Shown piece by piece: positions 52,186 to 61,639 of a stretch of 64,000 nt of DNA. The stretch lies in assembly GCA_019455325.1 (NCBI GenBank), contig JACFMQ010000005.1:143017-207016 (forward strand), written 5' to 3'. The notes under the pieces were generated by a model, which was given only the letters and a program-made list of their open reading frames with translations, searched no databases and was not told the DNA's origin. Every line of letters starts with the position of its first letter. Positions within the stretch are counted from its first letter, which is position 1. The position numbers and the translations under genes were made by a program. The stretch is from Rhodocyclaceae bacterium (GTDB lineage: Bacteria; Pseudomonadota; Gammaproteobacteria; Burkholderiales; Rhodocyclaceae).

Positions 52186-52877
52186 GGCGGCTGGCCGGCT
52201 GGCTGCGGCGCGCGCTGTTCGCGCTGCTGGCGCTGGCCCTGCTCTACCTGCTCTGGCTGTTCGGCTGGGTGCTTTTCTGGGGGCGCTTCGATCCCGGCAC
52301 CACGCGCTTCATGGAGATCCGTCTCGCTGAATTGCAGGCGAAACAGCCGAACGCGACGCTGAAGAAGCAGTGGGTGCCCTACGAGCGCATCTCGATCCAC
52401 CTCAAGCGCGCGCTGATCGCCGCCGAGGACGCCAAGTTCGTGCACCACGAGGGCTTCGACTGGGAGGGCATCCAGCGGGCGATGGAGAAGAACGAGAAGA
52501 AAGGGCGGCCGGTCGCCGGCGGCTCGACGATCTCGCAGCAGCTCGCCAAGAACCTCTTCCTGACGCCGAAGCGCTCGCTCGCGCGCAAGGGCGAGGAGGC
52601 GGTGATCACGCTGATGATCGAGGCCGCGTGGAGCAAGCGGCGCATCTTCGAGGTCTACCTGAACGTCATCGAATGGGGCAACGGCGTCTTCGGCGCCGAG
52701 GCCGCCGCCCGCCACTACTACGGCGTCGGCGCCGGGCAGCTCGGCCCGGAACAGGCGGCGCGGCTGGCGGCGATGGTGCCCAGCCCGCGCTTCTACGACC
52801 GCAACCGCGGCGCGCCCGGCCTCGCGCGCAAGGCCGACATCATCCTCGCCCGCATGCCGGCGGCGGCGGTGCCGTAA
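52182..52877 (+). CDS. mtgA: monofunctional peptidoglycan glycosyltransferase
   Basis: ATG 52182 overlaps the aroE stop. [26 protein letters not shown]. Confidence 0.93.
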   Translation: MRRLAGWLRRALFALLALALLYLLWLFGWVLFWGRFDPGTTRFMEIRLAELQAKQPNATLKKQWVPYERISIHLKRALIAAEDAKFVHHEGFDWEGIQRAMEKNEKKGRPVAGGSTISQQLAKNLFLTPKRSLARKGEEAVITLMIEAAWSKRRIFEVYLNVIEWGNGVFGAEAAARHYYGVGAGQLGPEQAARLAAMVPSPRFYDRNRGAPGLARKADIILARMPAAAVP

Positions 52878-53225
52878 CCCGTAAACCGCCTGCAATCGCG
52901 GCGGGGCACGATTGTTGCGGCGCGACAAACGTTGTACACTCCGCCGCATCTCATTTCCGGGGTCATCCACGTGGACAGTTGCCCGTGTAGCAACAGGCCG
53001 GCCAGTGCCGGCACCATGGCAGGATAGCGCCGTCCCGGCCGCCGTCCTGCCCGAACGAATCGGCAGGATGGTGCGCACTCCGGGGGAACCTCCCCCGCCT
53101 CTCAAGCGACCATTCTCGATGCAACCGGCAGCCGCCCGCGGCGGCTGCGCAGACCGGTGCGTGCCGCGGCGGCGCGCCCGAAGAGGAGTCGTGATGAACA
53201 TCGGCAGCGGTGAAGGAGCGGCAGC
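52878..53225 (+). promoter_or_regulatory. long structured 5' leader of mgtE
   Basis: 348 nt with no credible protein gene. GGCAGGAT occurs twice (53018-25 and 53062-69) flanking one TCCTGCC (53045-51). Outer stem GCACCAT/ATGGTGC. See finding. Confidence 0.4.
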
Positions 53226-54668
53226 GTGAGCGAGGAACTGCGCCACTCCGACGCGGAAGAACTGCAGGCCCACCTCGCCGAGGTGCAGGAACTGCTCGCC
53301 CGGCACCGGCTGGTGGAGGGCCTCGTCCATCGCCAGGAGATGCCGCGCCACGAGCTGGTCGAGGACCTGGTGCACAAGCAGCACCTGCAGCAACTGCACG
53401 CGCGCCTGGACAAGATGCACCCGGCGGACATCGCCTACGTCCTGGAGGCGCTGCCGCCGCAGGAACGCCTGATCGTCTGGGACCTCGTCCGCGCCGAGCG
53501 CGACGGCGAGATCCTGCTCGAAGTCTCCGACGCGGTCCGCGAATCGCTGATCGAGACGATGGCGCCGGCCGAGCTGAAGGCCGCCGCCGAAAGCCTCGAC
53601 GCCGACGAACTGGCCGACCTCGCGCCCGACCTGCCGCAAGCGGTCATCGAGGACGTCTTCCGCTCGCTGCCGGCGGAGGAGCGCGAGCAGTTGCGCGCGG
53701 CCATGTCCTACCCCGAGGACTCGGTCGGCTCGATCATGGACTTCGACCTGGTGACTGTGCGCGAGGACGTGACGCTGGAGGTCGTGCTCCGCTACCTGCG
53801 CCGCTTCGACGAACTGCCGGACCATACCGACCAGCTCTTCGTCGTCGACCGCGAGGCGCAGTTGAAGGGCGTGCTGCCGCTGAACGTGCTGCTGGTGAAC
53901 GACCCGGAGACCGAGGTCGGCGCCGTCATGCTCACCGACTGCGTCGAGCTGCAGCCGGACGATTTCGCCGAGGAAGCGGCCAAGGCCTTCGAGCGCTACG
54001 ACCTGGTGTCGGCGCCGGTGGTCGATCCCGAGCGCCGCCTGATCGGCCGCGTCACCGTCGACGCGGTGGTCGACCTGATCCGCGAGGAAGCCGAGAACGA
54101 GCAACTGGCGCAGGCCGGTCTGCGCGAGGAGGAGGACATCTTCGCGCCGGTCATCGACTCGGTGAAGAACCGCTGGGCCTGGCTGGCGATCAACCTGATC
54201 ACCGCCTTCGTCGCCTCGCGCGTGATCGGCGCCTTCGAGGGCTCGATCGAGAAGCTGGTGGCGCTCGCCGCGCTGATGCCGATCGTCGCCGGCATCGGCG
54301 GCAACTCCGGCAACCAGACGATCACCATGATCGTGCGCGCCATCGCCATGGGCCAGGTGCAGCCGGACGCCTTGAACCGCCTGCTCAGGAAGGAGCTCGG
54401 CGTGGCCATGATCAACGGCCTGCTCTGGGGCGGCCTGCTCGGCGTCGTCTCGTGGTGGCTCTACGACAGCGTTTCGCTCGGCCTGGTGATGACCTCGGCG
54501 ATGACGCTCAACCTGCTGCTCGCCGCCACCGCCGGCGTCGCCATCCCGATCCTGCGCCTGCGCCTCGGCGGCGACCCGGCCATCGGCGGTTCGGTGATGA
54601 TCACCGCGCTCACCGACTCCGGCGGCTTCCTGATCTTCCTCGGGCTGGCGACGCTGTTCCTGATCTAG
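53226..54668 (+). CDS. mgtE: magnesium transporter MgtE
   Basis: 480 aa. GTG start 7 nt after AAGGAG. N-domain, tandem CBS domains, and a TM domain with PIVAGIGGNSGNQ. Confidence 0.93.
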   Translation: MSEELRHSDAEELQAHLAEVQELLARHRLVEGLVHRQEMPRHELVEDLVHKQHLQQLHARLDKMHPADIAYVLEALPPQERLIVWDLVRAERDGEILLEVSDAVRESLIETMAPAELKAAAESLDADELADLAPDLPQAVIEDVFRSLPAEEREQLRAAMSYPEDSVGSIMDFDLVTVREDVTLEVVLRYLRRFDELPDHTDQLFVVDREAQLKGVLPLNVLLVNDPETEVGAVMLTDCVELQPDDFAEEAAKAFERYDLVSAPVVDPERRLIGRVTVDAVVDLIREEAENEQLAQAGLREEEDIFAPVIDSVKNRWAWLAINLITAFVASRVIGAFEGSIEKLVALAALMPIVAGIGGNSGNQTITMIVRAIAMGQVQPDALNRLLRKELGVAMINGLLWGGLLGVVSWWLYDSVSLGLVMTSAMTLNLLLAATAGVAIPILRLRLGGDPAIGGSVMITALTDSGGFLIFLGLATLFLI

Positions 54669-54999
54669 TCGGCCGACGGCGTCACCAGCTTGAGGCCGAC
54701 GATGCCGGCGACGATCAGCGCGATGCAGGCGAGGCGCAGCGCGTCGCGCGGCTCGTCGAACAGATAGATGCCGAGGATCGCCGTGCCGACGGCGCCGATG
54801 CCGGTCCACACCGCGTAGGCCGTGCCCAGCGGCAGCGCCTTCAGCGCCAGGCCGAGCAGCGCCACCGAGGCGACCATGGCGATGACGGTGCCGGTCGTCG
54901 GCCACAGCCGCGAGAAGCCCTCGGTGTATTTCAGCCCGACCGCCCAGCCGATCTCGCAGAGACCGGCGACGAACAGCACGAGCCAGGCGAGCGACTGGC

Positions 55000-55003
<4 letters not shown>
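54665..55003 (-). CDS. sugE: SMR-family exporter SugE/Gdx
   Basis: 112 aa. [30 protein letters not shown] (conserved membrane Glu). Start overlaps the hemL stop (ATGA). Confidence 0.9.
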
Positions 55004-56276
<1,273 letters not shown>

Positions 56277-56280
<4 letters not shown>

Positions 56281-56909
56281 GGCGTTTTTTCCTCGAACAG
56301 TCGTTGATAGGCGGCCGCCCGGCCGGCGACGTCGGGGGCGGCGAAAAGGTCGGTGATGACGGCGAGCAGGTCGGCGCCGGCGGCGACGAGGCCGGGCGCG
56401 TCGGCGAGCGTGATGCCGCCGATGGCGCAGGCCGGCACGCGCAGCTCGGCGCGGCAGCGGGCGAACAGGTCGAGCGGCGCGCGCACCGCGGCCGGCTTGG
56501 TCGGCGACGGGAAAACCGCGCCGAAGGCGACGTAGTCGGCGCCGAGGGCGACGGCGCGCCGCGCCGTCTCGAAATCGGCGTAGCACGAGGCGCCGAGCAC
56601 CTTGCCGGCGGGCAGCGCGCGGCGGGCGGCGGCGAGGTCGCCGTCGTCGGCGCCCAGGTGCACGCCGTCGGCGTCGACGGCCAGCGCCAGCGCCAGATCG
56701 TCGTTCACGATGAAGCGGGCGCCGTGCGCCAGGCACATCGCGCGCAGGGCCGCGGCCAGCCGGTGTCGGCGGCCGGCGTCGTCGGTCTTGTCGCGGAACT
56801 GCAGCAGCGCCGCGCCGCCGCGCACGGCCTCGCCGGCGAGCGCGAGCAGGCGATCCTCGTCCGGCGCTTCCGGCGTGATCGCGTACAGTCCGCGCAGCTC
56901 AGGGCTCAT
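56277..56909 (-). CDS. thiE: thiamine-phosphate synthase
   Basis: 210 aa. [18 protein letters not shown] pattern. Confidence 0.9.
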
Positions 56910-57738
56910 CCTGCTCCAGCTCTTCGGCGCGCGCCCAGAAGAAGCGGTCGGGAATGTGCTGGCCCATGCCCGGCCGGAAGCCGGCGGCCAGCGCCTGCCA
57001 AGTGTATTCCTGCGCGTCGCGCACGGCGTCGCCGAGGTCCAGCCCGTTCGCCAGGTTGGCGGCGATGGCCGAAGCCAGCGTGCAGCCCGAGCCGTGGTAG
57101 CTGCCGGGCAGGCGATCCCAGCGGTCGCTGCGGATCGGGCCGTTCTCGCCGTACAGCGTGTTGATCACCTTCGTGGTGTTCTCGTGCGTGCCGGTGACCA
57201 GCACGTACTCGCAGCCGTAGCTGATCAGCCGCTGCGCGCAGCCGGCGAGGTCGGGCGAGTCCTCGTCGCCGTCCTCCTCGGCCAGGCGGCGGGCCTCGAT
57301 GCTGTTCGGCGTGAGCACCGTGGTCTGAGGCAGCAGCAGCTCGCGCATGGCCTCGACCATCTCCTCGGTCGACAGCTCGTCGCCGCGGCCGGAGGCGAGC
57401 ACCGGGTCGAAGACGAGCGGCACGTCCGGATAGTCGGCGAGGATCTCGGCGACCACCGAGACGTTCTCGACGCTGCCCAGGAGCCCGATCTTGAAGGCGG
57501 CCACCGGCATGTCCTCGAGCACGGCGCGCGCCTGGTCCTCGACCCAGTCGGCGTCGAGCGCGTGCACCGCCTCGACGCCGAGCGTGTCCTGCACGGTGAT
57601 GGCGGTGATCACCGACAGCGGGTGGCAGCCCATCGATGCCTGGGTCATCAGGTCGGCCTGCACGCCGGCGCCGCCGGACGGGTCGCTGGCGGCGAAGGTG
57701 AGGACGATCGGCGGGGTCGGTCGGGCGTTCGGGTTCAT
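56899..57738 (-). CDS. thiD: hydroxymethylpyrimidine/phosphomethylpyrimidine kinase
   Basis: Start MNPNARPTPPIVLTFAASDPSGGAGVQADL at 57738. GSGCTLASAIAANLA. Confidence 0.9.
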   Translation of the reverse strand: MNPNARPTPPIVLTFAASDPSGGAGVQADLMTQASMGCHPLSVITAITVQDTLGVEAVHALDADWVEDQARAVLEDMPVAAFKIGLLGSVENVSVVAEILADYPDVPLVFDPVLASGRGDELSTEEMVEAMRELLLPQTTVLTPNSIEARRLAEEDGDEDSPDLAGCAQRLISYGCEYVLVTGTHENTTKVINTLYGENGPIRSDRWDRLPGSYHGSGCTLASAIAANLANGLDLGDAVRDAQEYTWQALAAGFRPGMGQHIPDRFFWARAEELEQDEP

Positions 57739-58070
57739 GCGCGGCGCCGGTTGGCACGGCGAAAGCGGTTTGGCTAGAATCGGCGATTCTACCCGATAAG
57801 GCCGCGCGGCCGCGCCCGGGGCGGGCGCATGCCGGGGGCGCAAAGGCACGGCGGTTCGCGCTGCGCGCCTCCGGGCCGCGGCCGTAGCGGTCGGTGTCCG
57901 CGCCGGCCGTCGCCGGATTCGGCCCGTTCGTCCGCGCGTCCTGCCCGAGGACGCCGGGATGATCGATATCCGGCCCGTTTGACGGTATATTGTGAGGTTC
58001 CGGGTCGGGGTCGGCCGATCGGCGGGAAGAAGGCCGGGCAGGCACGGGCCGGCGCCCATGGAGGAACGAA

Positions 58071-58469
58071 TTGGCTGAAGCGGCTAACTTGCGCGGCGTC
58101 AAGGTGATGGTGATCGACGACAGCAACACCATCCGGCGCAGTGCCGAAATCTTTCTGGTGCAGGCCGGCTGCCAGGTCCTGCTCGCCGAGGACGGTTTCG
58201 ACGCGCTCGCCAAGATCGCCGACCATCAGCCGGACATCATCTTCTGCGACATCATGATGCCCCGGCTCGACGGCTACCAGACCTGCGCGCTGATCAAGAA
58301 GAATCCCCGCTTCCGCGCCTCGCCGGTGATCATGCTGTCTTCCAAGGACGGCCTGTTCGACCGGGCGCGCGGCCGCATGGTCGGGTCCGACCAGTACCTC
58401 ACCAAGCCGTTCACCAAGGACAGCCTGCTGCAGGCGGTCGCGAGCTTCGCGCCGCAGCCGGTCCAGTAG
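58071..58469 (+). CDS. pilG: CheY-like response regulator PilG
   Basis: TTG start 5 nt after GGAGGA. VMVIDDSNTIRR...DIMMPRLDGYQTCALIKKN...SSKDGLFD...GSDQYLTKPF is near-collinear with the Pseudomonas PilG sequence as I remember it. Confidence 0.9.
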   Translation: MAEAANLRGVKVMVIDDSNTIRRSAEIFLVQAGCQVLLAEDGFDALAKIADHQPDIIFCDIMMPRLDGYQTCALIKKNPRFRASPVIMLSSKDGLFDRARGRMVGSDQYLTKPFTKDSLLQAVASFAPQPVQ

Positions 58470-58506
58470 ATAGACTCGCATCGCACGCAATCATCGGAGT
58501 GACAGC

Positions 58507-58869
58507 ATGCCCGTGAAGAAGATTCTCGTCGTCGACGATTCCCCCACCGAACGCCATTTCCTGGTCGAGCTGCTGACCGGCAAGGGCTACGAGGTGGTCA
58601 CCGCCGAAAGCGGCGAGGAGGGCATCAGCAAGGCCAAGGCCGAGCAGCCGGATCTCGTCATCATGGACGTGGTCATGCCCGGGCTGAACGGCTATCAGGC
58701 GACGCGCACGCTGACCCGCGACGACGAGACGAAGAACATCCCGGTCTTCGTCTGCACCACCAAGAGCCAGGAGACCGACAAGATCTGGGGCCTGCGCCAG
58801 GGCGCCCAGGACTATCTGGTGAAGCCGGTCGATCCGGAGGATCTGCTGGCCAGGATCGCCGCCCTCTGA
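58507..58869 (+). CDS. pilH: CheY-like response regulator PilH
   Basis: 120 aa receiver domain (ILVVDDSPTER...MDVVMPGLNG...KP) directly after pilG. Confidence 0.85.
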   Translation: MPVKKILVVDDSPTERHFLVELLTGKGYEVVTAESGEEGISKAKAEQPDLVIMDVVMPGLNGYQATRTLTRDDETKNIPVFVCTTKSQETDKIWGLRQGAQDYLVKPVDPEDLLARIAAL

Positions 58870-58886
58870 GCGGGCGGCACGCCGGC

Positions 58887-59399
58887 ATGGCGAAGAAGAT
58901 CAGCCTGCGGGAGTTCCAGGAGCATCTGGCCGCCCGCCTCTCCAGCGCCGCCAAGGGACAGGCGAGCGCGGCCCTGCTCGGCGTGCAGGCCGGCGACGAC
59001 CGCTGGCTGCTCAACCTCTCCGATTCCGGCGAGATCGTTTCCCTGCCGCCGCTGGCGCCGGTGCCGCTGACCCATCCCTGGTTCGCCGGCATCGCCAACA
59101 TCCGCGGCAACCTTTACGCGGTCGCCGACTTTGCCGCCTTCGCCGGCGGCGAGCCGACGCCGACGCACGCCGCTTCCCGCCTGCTCCTCGTCGGCACCCG
59201 CCACGGCAGCAACGCGGCGCTGCTGGTGACGCGCATGCTCGGCCTGAAGGGGCCGGAGCAGTTCACGCCGCTGCCGCCGTCGGCGACGGCGCCGCCCTGG
59301 GAAGCGGAGCGCCTGAGCGACGCCGACGGCCGCGAGTGGCGGAAGCTCGGCGTCCGCGCGCTGCTGGCGGACCCGAGATTCATGGAGATCGGCGCCTGA
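58887..59399 (+). CDS. pilI: CheW-like coupling protein PilI
   Basis: 170 aa. CheW-type pattern ([17 protein letters not shown]). Position between pilH and pilJ. Confidence 0.8.
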   Translation: MAKKISLREFQEHLAARLSSAAKGQASAALLGVQAGDDRWLLNLSDSGEIVSLPPLAPVPLTHPWFAGIANIRGNLYAVADFAAFAGGEPTPTHAASRLLLVGTRHGSNAALLVTRMLGLKGPEQFTPLPPSATAPPWEAERLSDADGREWRKLGVRALLADPRFMEIGA

Positions 59400-59475
59400 G
59401 CGCCGGCCGGGCGCCGGCGCGGCCCCGGACGCAGATCGACGACAGACGAACGAACACAAGAAAGGGAGGCGATTC

Positions 59476-61608
59476 ATGGCCCTCAAGCTGACACGGTCCG
59501 GCGACGACGGCCGGCAATCCGCGGCGGACGCGACGGGCGGCGGCAGGCCGGCGCGGAGCGGCGCCGGCGGGAGCCTCCTCGGCCGCTACTCGGTCAACCG
59601 GCAACTGCAGATCCTCGGCGTCGCGCTGCTCCTCGCCGTGCTCATGCTGATCGCGCTGATCTACCGGGACAACCGGCAGTCCGCGCACGGCACCGCCTAC
59701 GTCGCCGCCGCCGGCGAGATGCGCATGCTCTCGCAGCGGCTGGCCAAGGCCTCGACGCTGGCGCTGCAGGGCAACCCGGTCGCCTTCCGGCAGCTCAAGG
59801 AATCGCGCGACCGCTTCTCCTTCCTCATCGAGCAGGTGACGAACGGCGGTGAGATCGGCGACGTCACGGTGCCGCCGTCGCCCGAAGGCGTGCGCGAGCC
59901 GCTGGCGGTGCTCGCCGGCGAATGGGACAAGGCCGGGAAGAACGCCAGCCAGTTGCTGGAAATGGAGAAGAACCTGGTGGCGCTGGGCAACGACGTCGCC
60001 ACCATCAACAACAAGAACCCGCTGCTGCTCGAACAGGCCGAGCAGGTGGCGGCGCTGAAGCTGCAGGTCGGCGGCGGCGCGCGCGAGGTGGTCGCCGCCA
60101 ACCAGTTGGTGATGCTGACGCAGCGCATCGCCAAGAACGCCTCGGCGCTGCTCGTCGGCGATGCCATCGACCCGGAGGTGGCCTTCCTTCTCGGCAAGGA
60201 CACGAACACCTTCCGCGATCTGCTCGGCGCGCTGACCAAGGGCAGCGACGCGCTGCGCATCAGCCCGGCCGCCGACCCCGACGCGCGGCAGAAGCTGGCC
60301 GAGCTCGATGCCTCGTTCAAGGACTATCAGGCGGCGGTCAGCGGCATCCTCGGCGCCATGCAGCGCCTGGTGCTGGCCAAGCAGGCCGGCGCCAACATCT
60401 TCCGCGACTCCGAAACGCTGCTCGCCGCCACCGACCGGCTGGCCGCGGCCTATCAGGAGACGCTCGCCGAGCGCGCGGCCTTCGCCGCCGCCCTGGTCGT
60501 CCTCGGCGGCCTGGCCCTGGTCATCCTCGGCCTGATGGCCAAGGTCTACCTCGACGACTCGGCGCGCCGCGCCGCCGAGGCCGAGGCCAGCCGCCAGGAG
60601 ACCGAGCGCCTGAACCGCGCCAACCAGGACGCCATCCTGCGCCTGATGAACGAACTCGGCGACCTCGCCGACGGCGACCTGACCGTCACCGCGACGGTGT
60701 CCGAGGACATCACCGGCGCCATCGCCGACTCGATCAACTACACCATCGAGGAACTGCGCGTGCTCGTCGGCCGCATCAACGACGCTGCCGGCCGCGTCAC
60801 GCAGGCCACCGAGATCGCGCAGCGGACCTCGGCCGAGCTGCTCGCCGCCGCCGAGCAGCAGTCGCTCGAAATCCAGGACGCCGGCCGCTCGGCGCTCGAC
60901 ATGGCGCACTCGATGAACCAAGTGTCGGCCAACGCCAGCCAGTCGGCGCAGGTCGCGCACCAGTCGCTGGCCGCCGCCGAGAAGGGCGCGCAGGCGGTGC
61001 AGGATTCGATCAAGGGCATGAACGAGATCCGCGAGCAGATCCAGGAGACCTCGAAGCGGATCAAGCGCCTCGGCGAAAGCTCGCAGGAGATCGGCGAGAT
61101 CGTCGAACTGATCTCGGACATCACCGAGCAGACCAACGTGCTGGCGCTGAACGCCGCCATCCAGGCGGCCTCGGCCGGCGACGCCGGCCGCGGCTTCACG
61201 GTCGTCGCCGAGGAGGTGCAGCGGCTGGCCGAACGCTCGGCGGAAGCGACCAAGCAGATCGCGGCGATCGTCAAGACCATCCAGACCGACACGCAGGACG
61301 CGGTGTCCGCGATGGAGCAGTCGACGCAGGGCGTGGTCGAGGGCGCCAAACTGTCGGATGCCGCCGGCCAGGCGCTGGCCGAGATCGGCGACGTGTCGAA
61401 GAGCCTCGCCGGCCTGATCGAGAACATCTCGGCCGACACGCAGCGGCAGGCGCAGTCGGCGACCGGCGTGGCGAGCAAGATGCAGGACATCCTGCGCGTC
61501 ACCGAGCAGGCCACGGCCGGCACGCAGCGCACCGCCGAGGCGGTCGGCGAGCTGGCCGGTCTGGCCACCGAGCTGAAGGGCTCGGTCGCCGGCTTCAAGG
61601 TCGCCTGA
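59476..61608 (+). CDS. pilJ: methyl-accepting chemotaxis protein PilJ
   Basis: 710 aa. N-terminal PilJ/NarX-like sensor, HAMP, and the MCP signalling hairpin [40 protein letters not shown]. Confidence 0.9.
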   Translation: MALKLTRSGDDGRQSAADATGGGRPARSGAGGSLLGRYSVNRQLQILGVALLLAVLMLIALIYRDNRQSAHGTAYVAAAGEMRMLSQRLAKASTLALQGNPVAFRQLKESRDRFSFLIEQVTNGGEIGDVTVPPSPEGVREPLAVLAGEWDKAGKNASQLLEMEKNLVALGNDVATINNKNPLLLEQAEQVAALKLQVGGGAREVVAANQLVMLTQRIAKNASALLVGDAIDPEVAFLLGKDTNTFRDLLGALTKGSDALRISPAADPDARQKLAELDASFKDYQAAVSGILGAMQRLVLAKQAGANIFRDSETLLAATDRLAAAYQETLAERAAFAAALVVLGGLALVILGLMAKVYLDDSARRAAEAEASRQETERLNRANQDAILRLMNELGDLADGDLTVTATVSEDITGAIADSINYTIEELRVLVGRINDAAGRVTQATEIAQRTSAELLAAAEQQSLEIQDAGRSALDMAHSMNQVSANASQSAQVAHQSLAAAEKGAQAVQDSIKGMNEIREQIQETSKRIKRLGESSQEIGEIVELISDITEQTNVLALNAAIQAASAGDAGRGFTVVAEEVQRLAERSAEATKQIAAIVKTIQTDTQDAVSAMEQSTQGVVEGAKLSDAAGQALAEIGDVSKSLAGLIENISADTQRQAQSATGVASKMQDILRVTEQATAGTQRTAEAVGELAGLATELKGSVAGFKVA

Positions 61609-61639
61609 GCGGCCGCCCGCAGAGGAGAGACGAGGCCGC

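Noticed and set aside
52878-53225. M-box (ykoK) riboswitch upstream of mgtE
   Set aside because: I could not find the conserved M-box core sequences. The structure seen is different (see the leader finding).
57739-58070. TPP riboswitch or a small rubredoxin-like gene between thiD and pilG
   Set aside because: No CTGAGA/ACCC/GAACCTG core on either strand. The only ORF (57829..58107) translates to Arg/Gly/Pro junk with no CxxC pairs.
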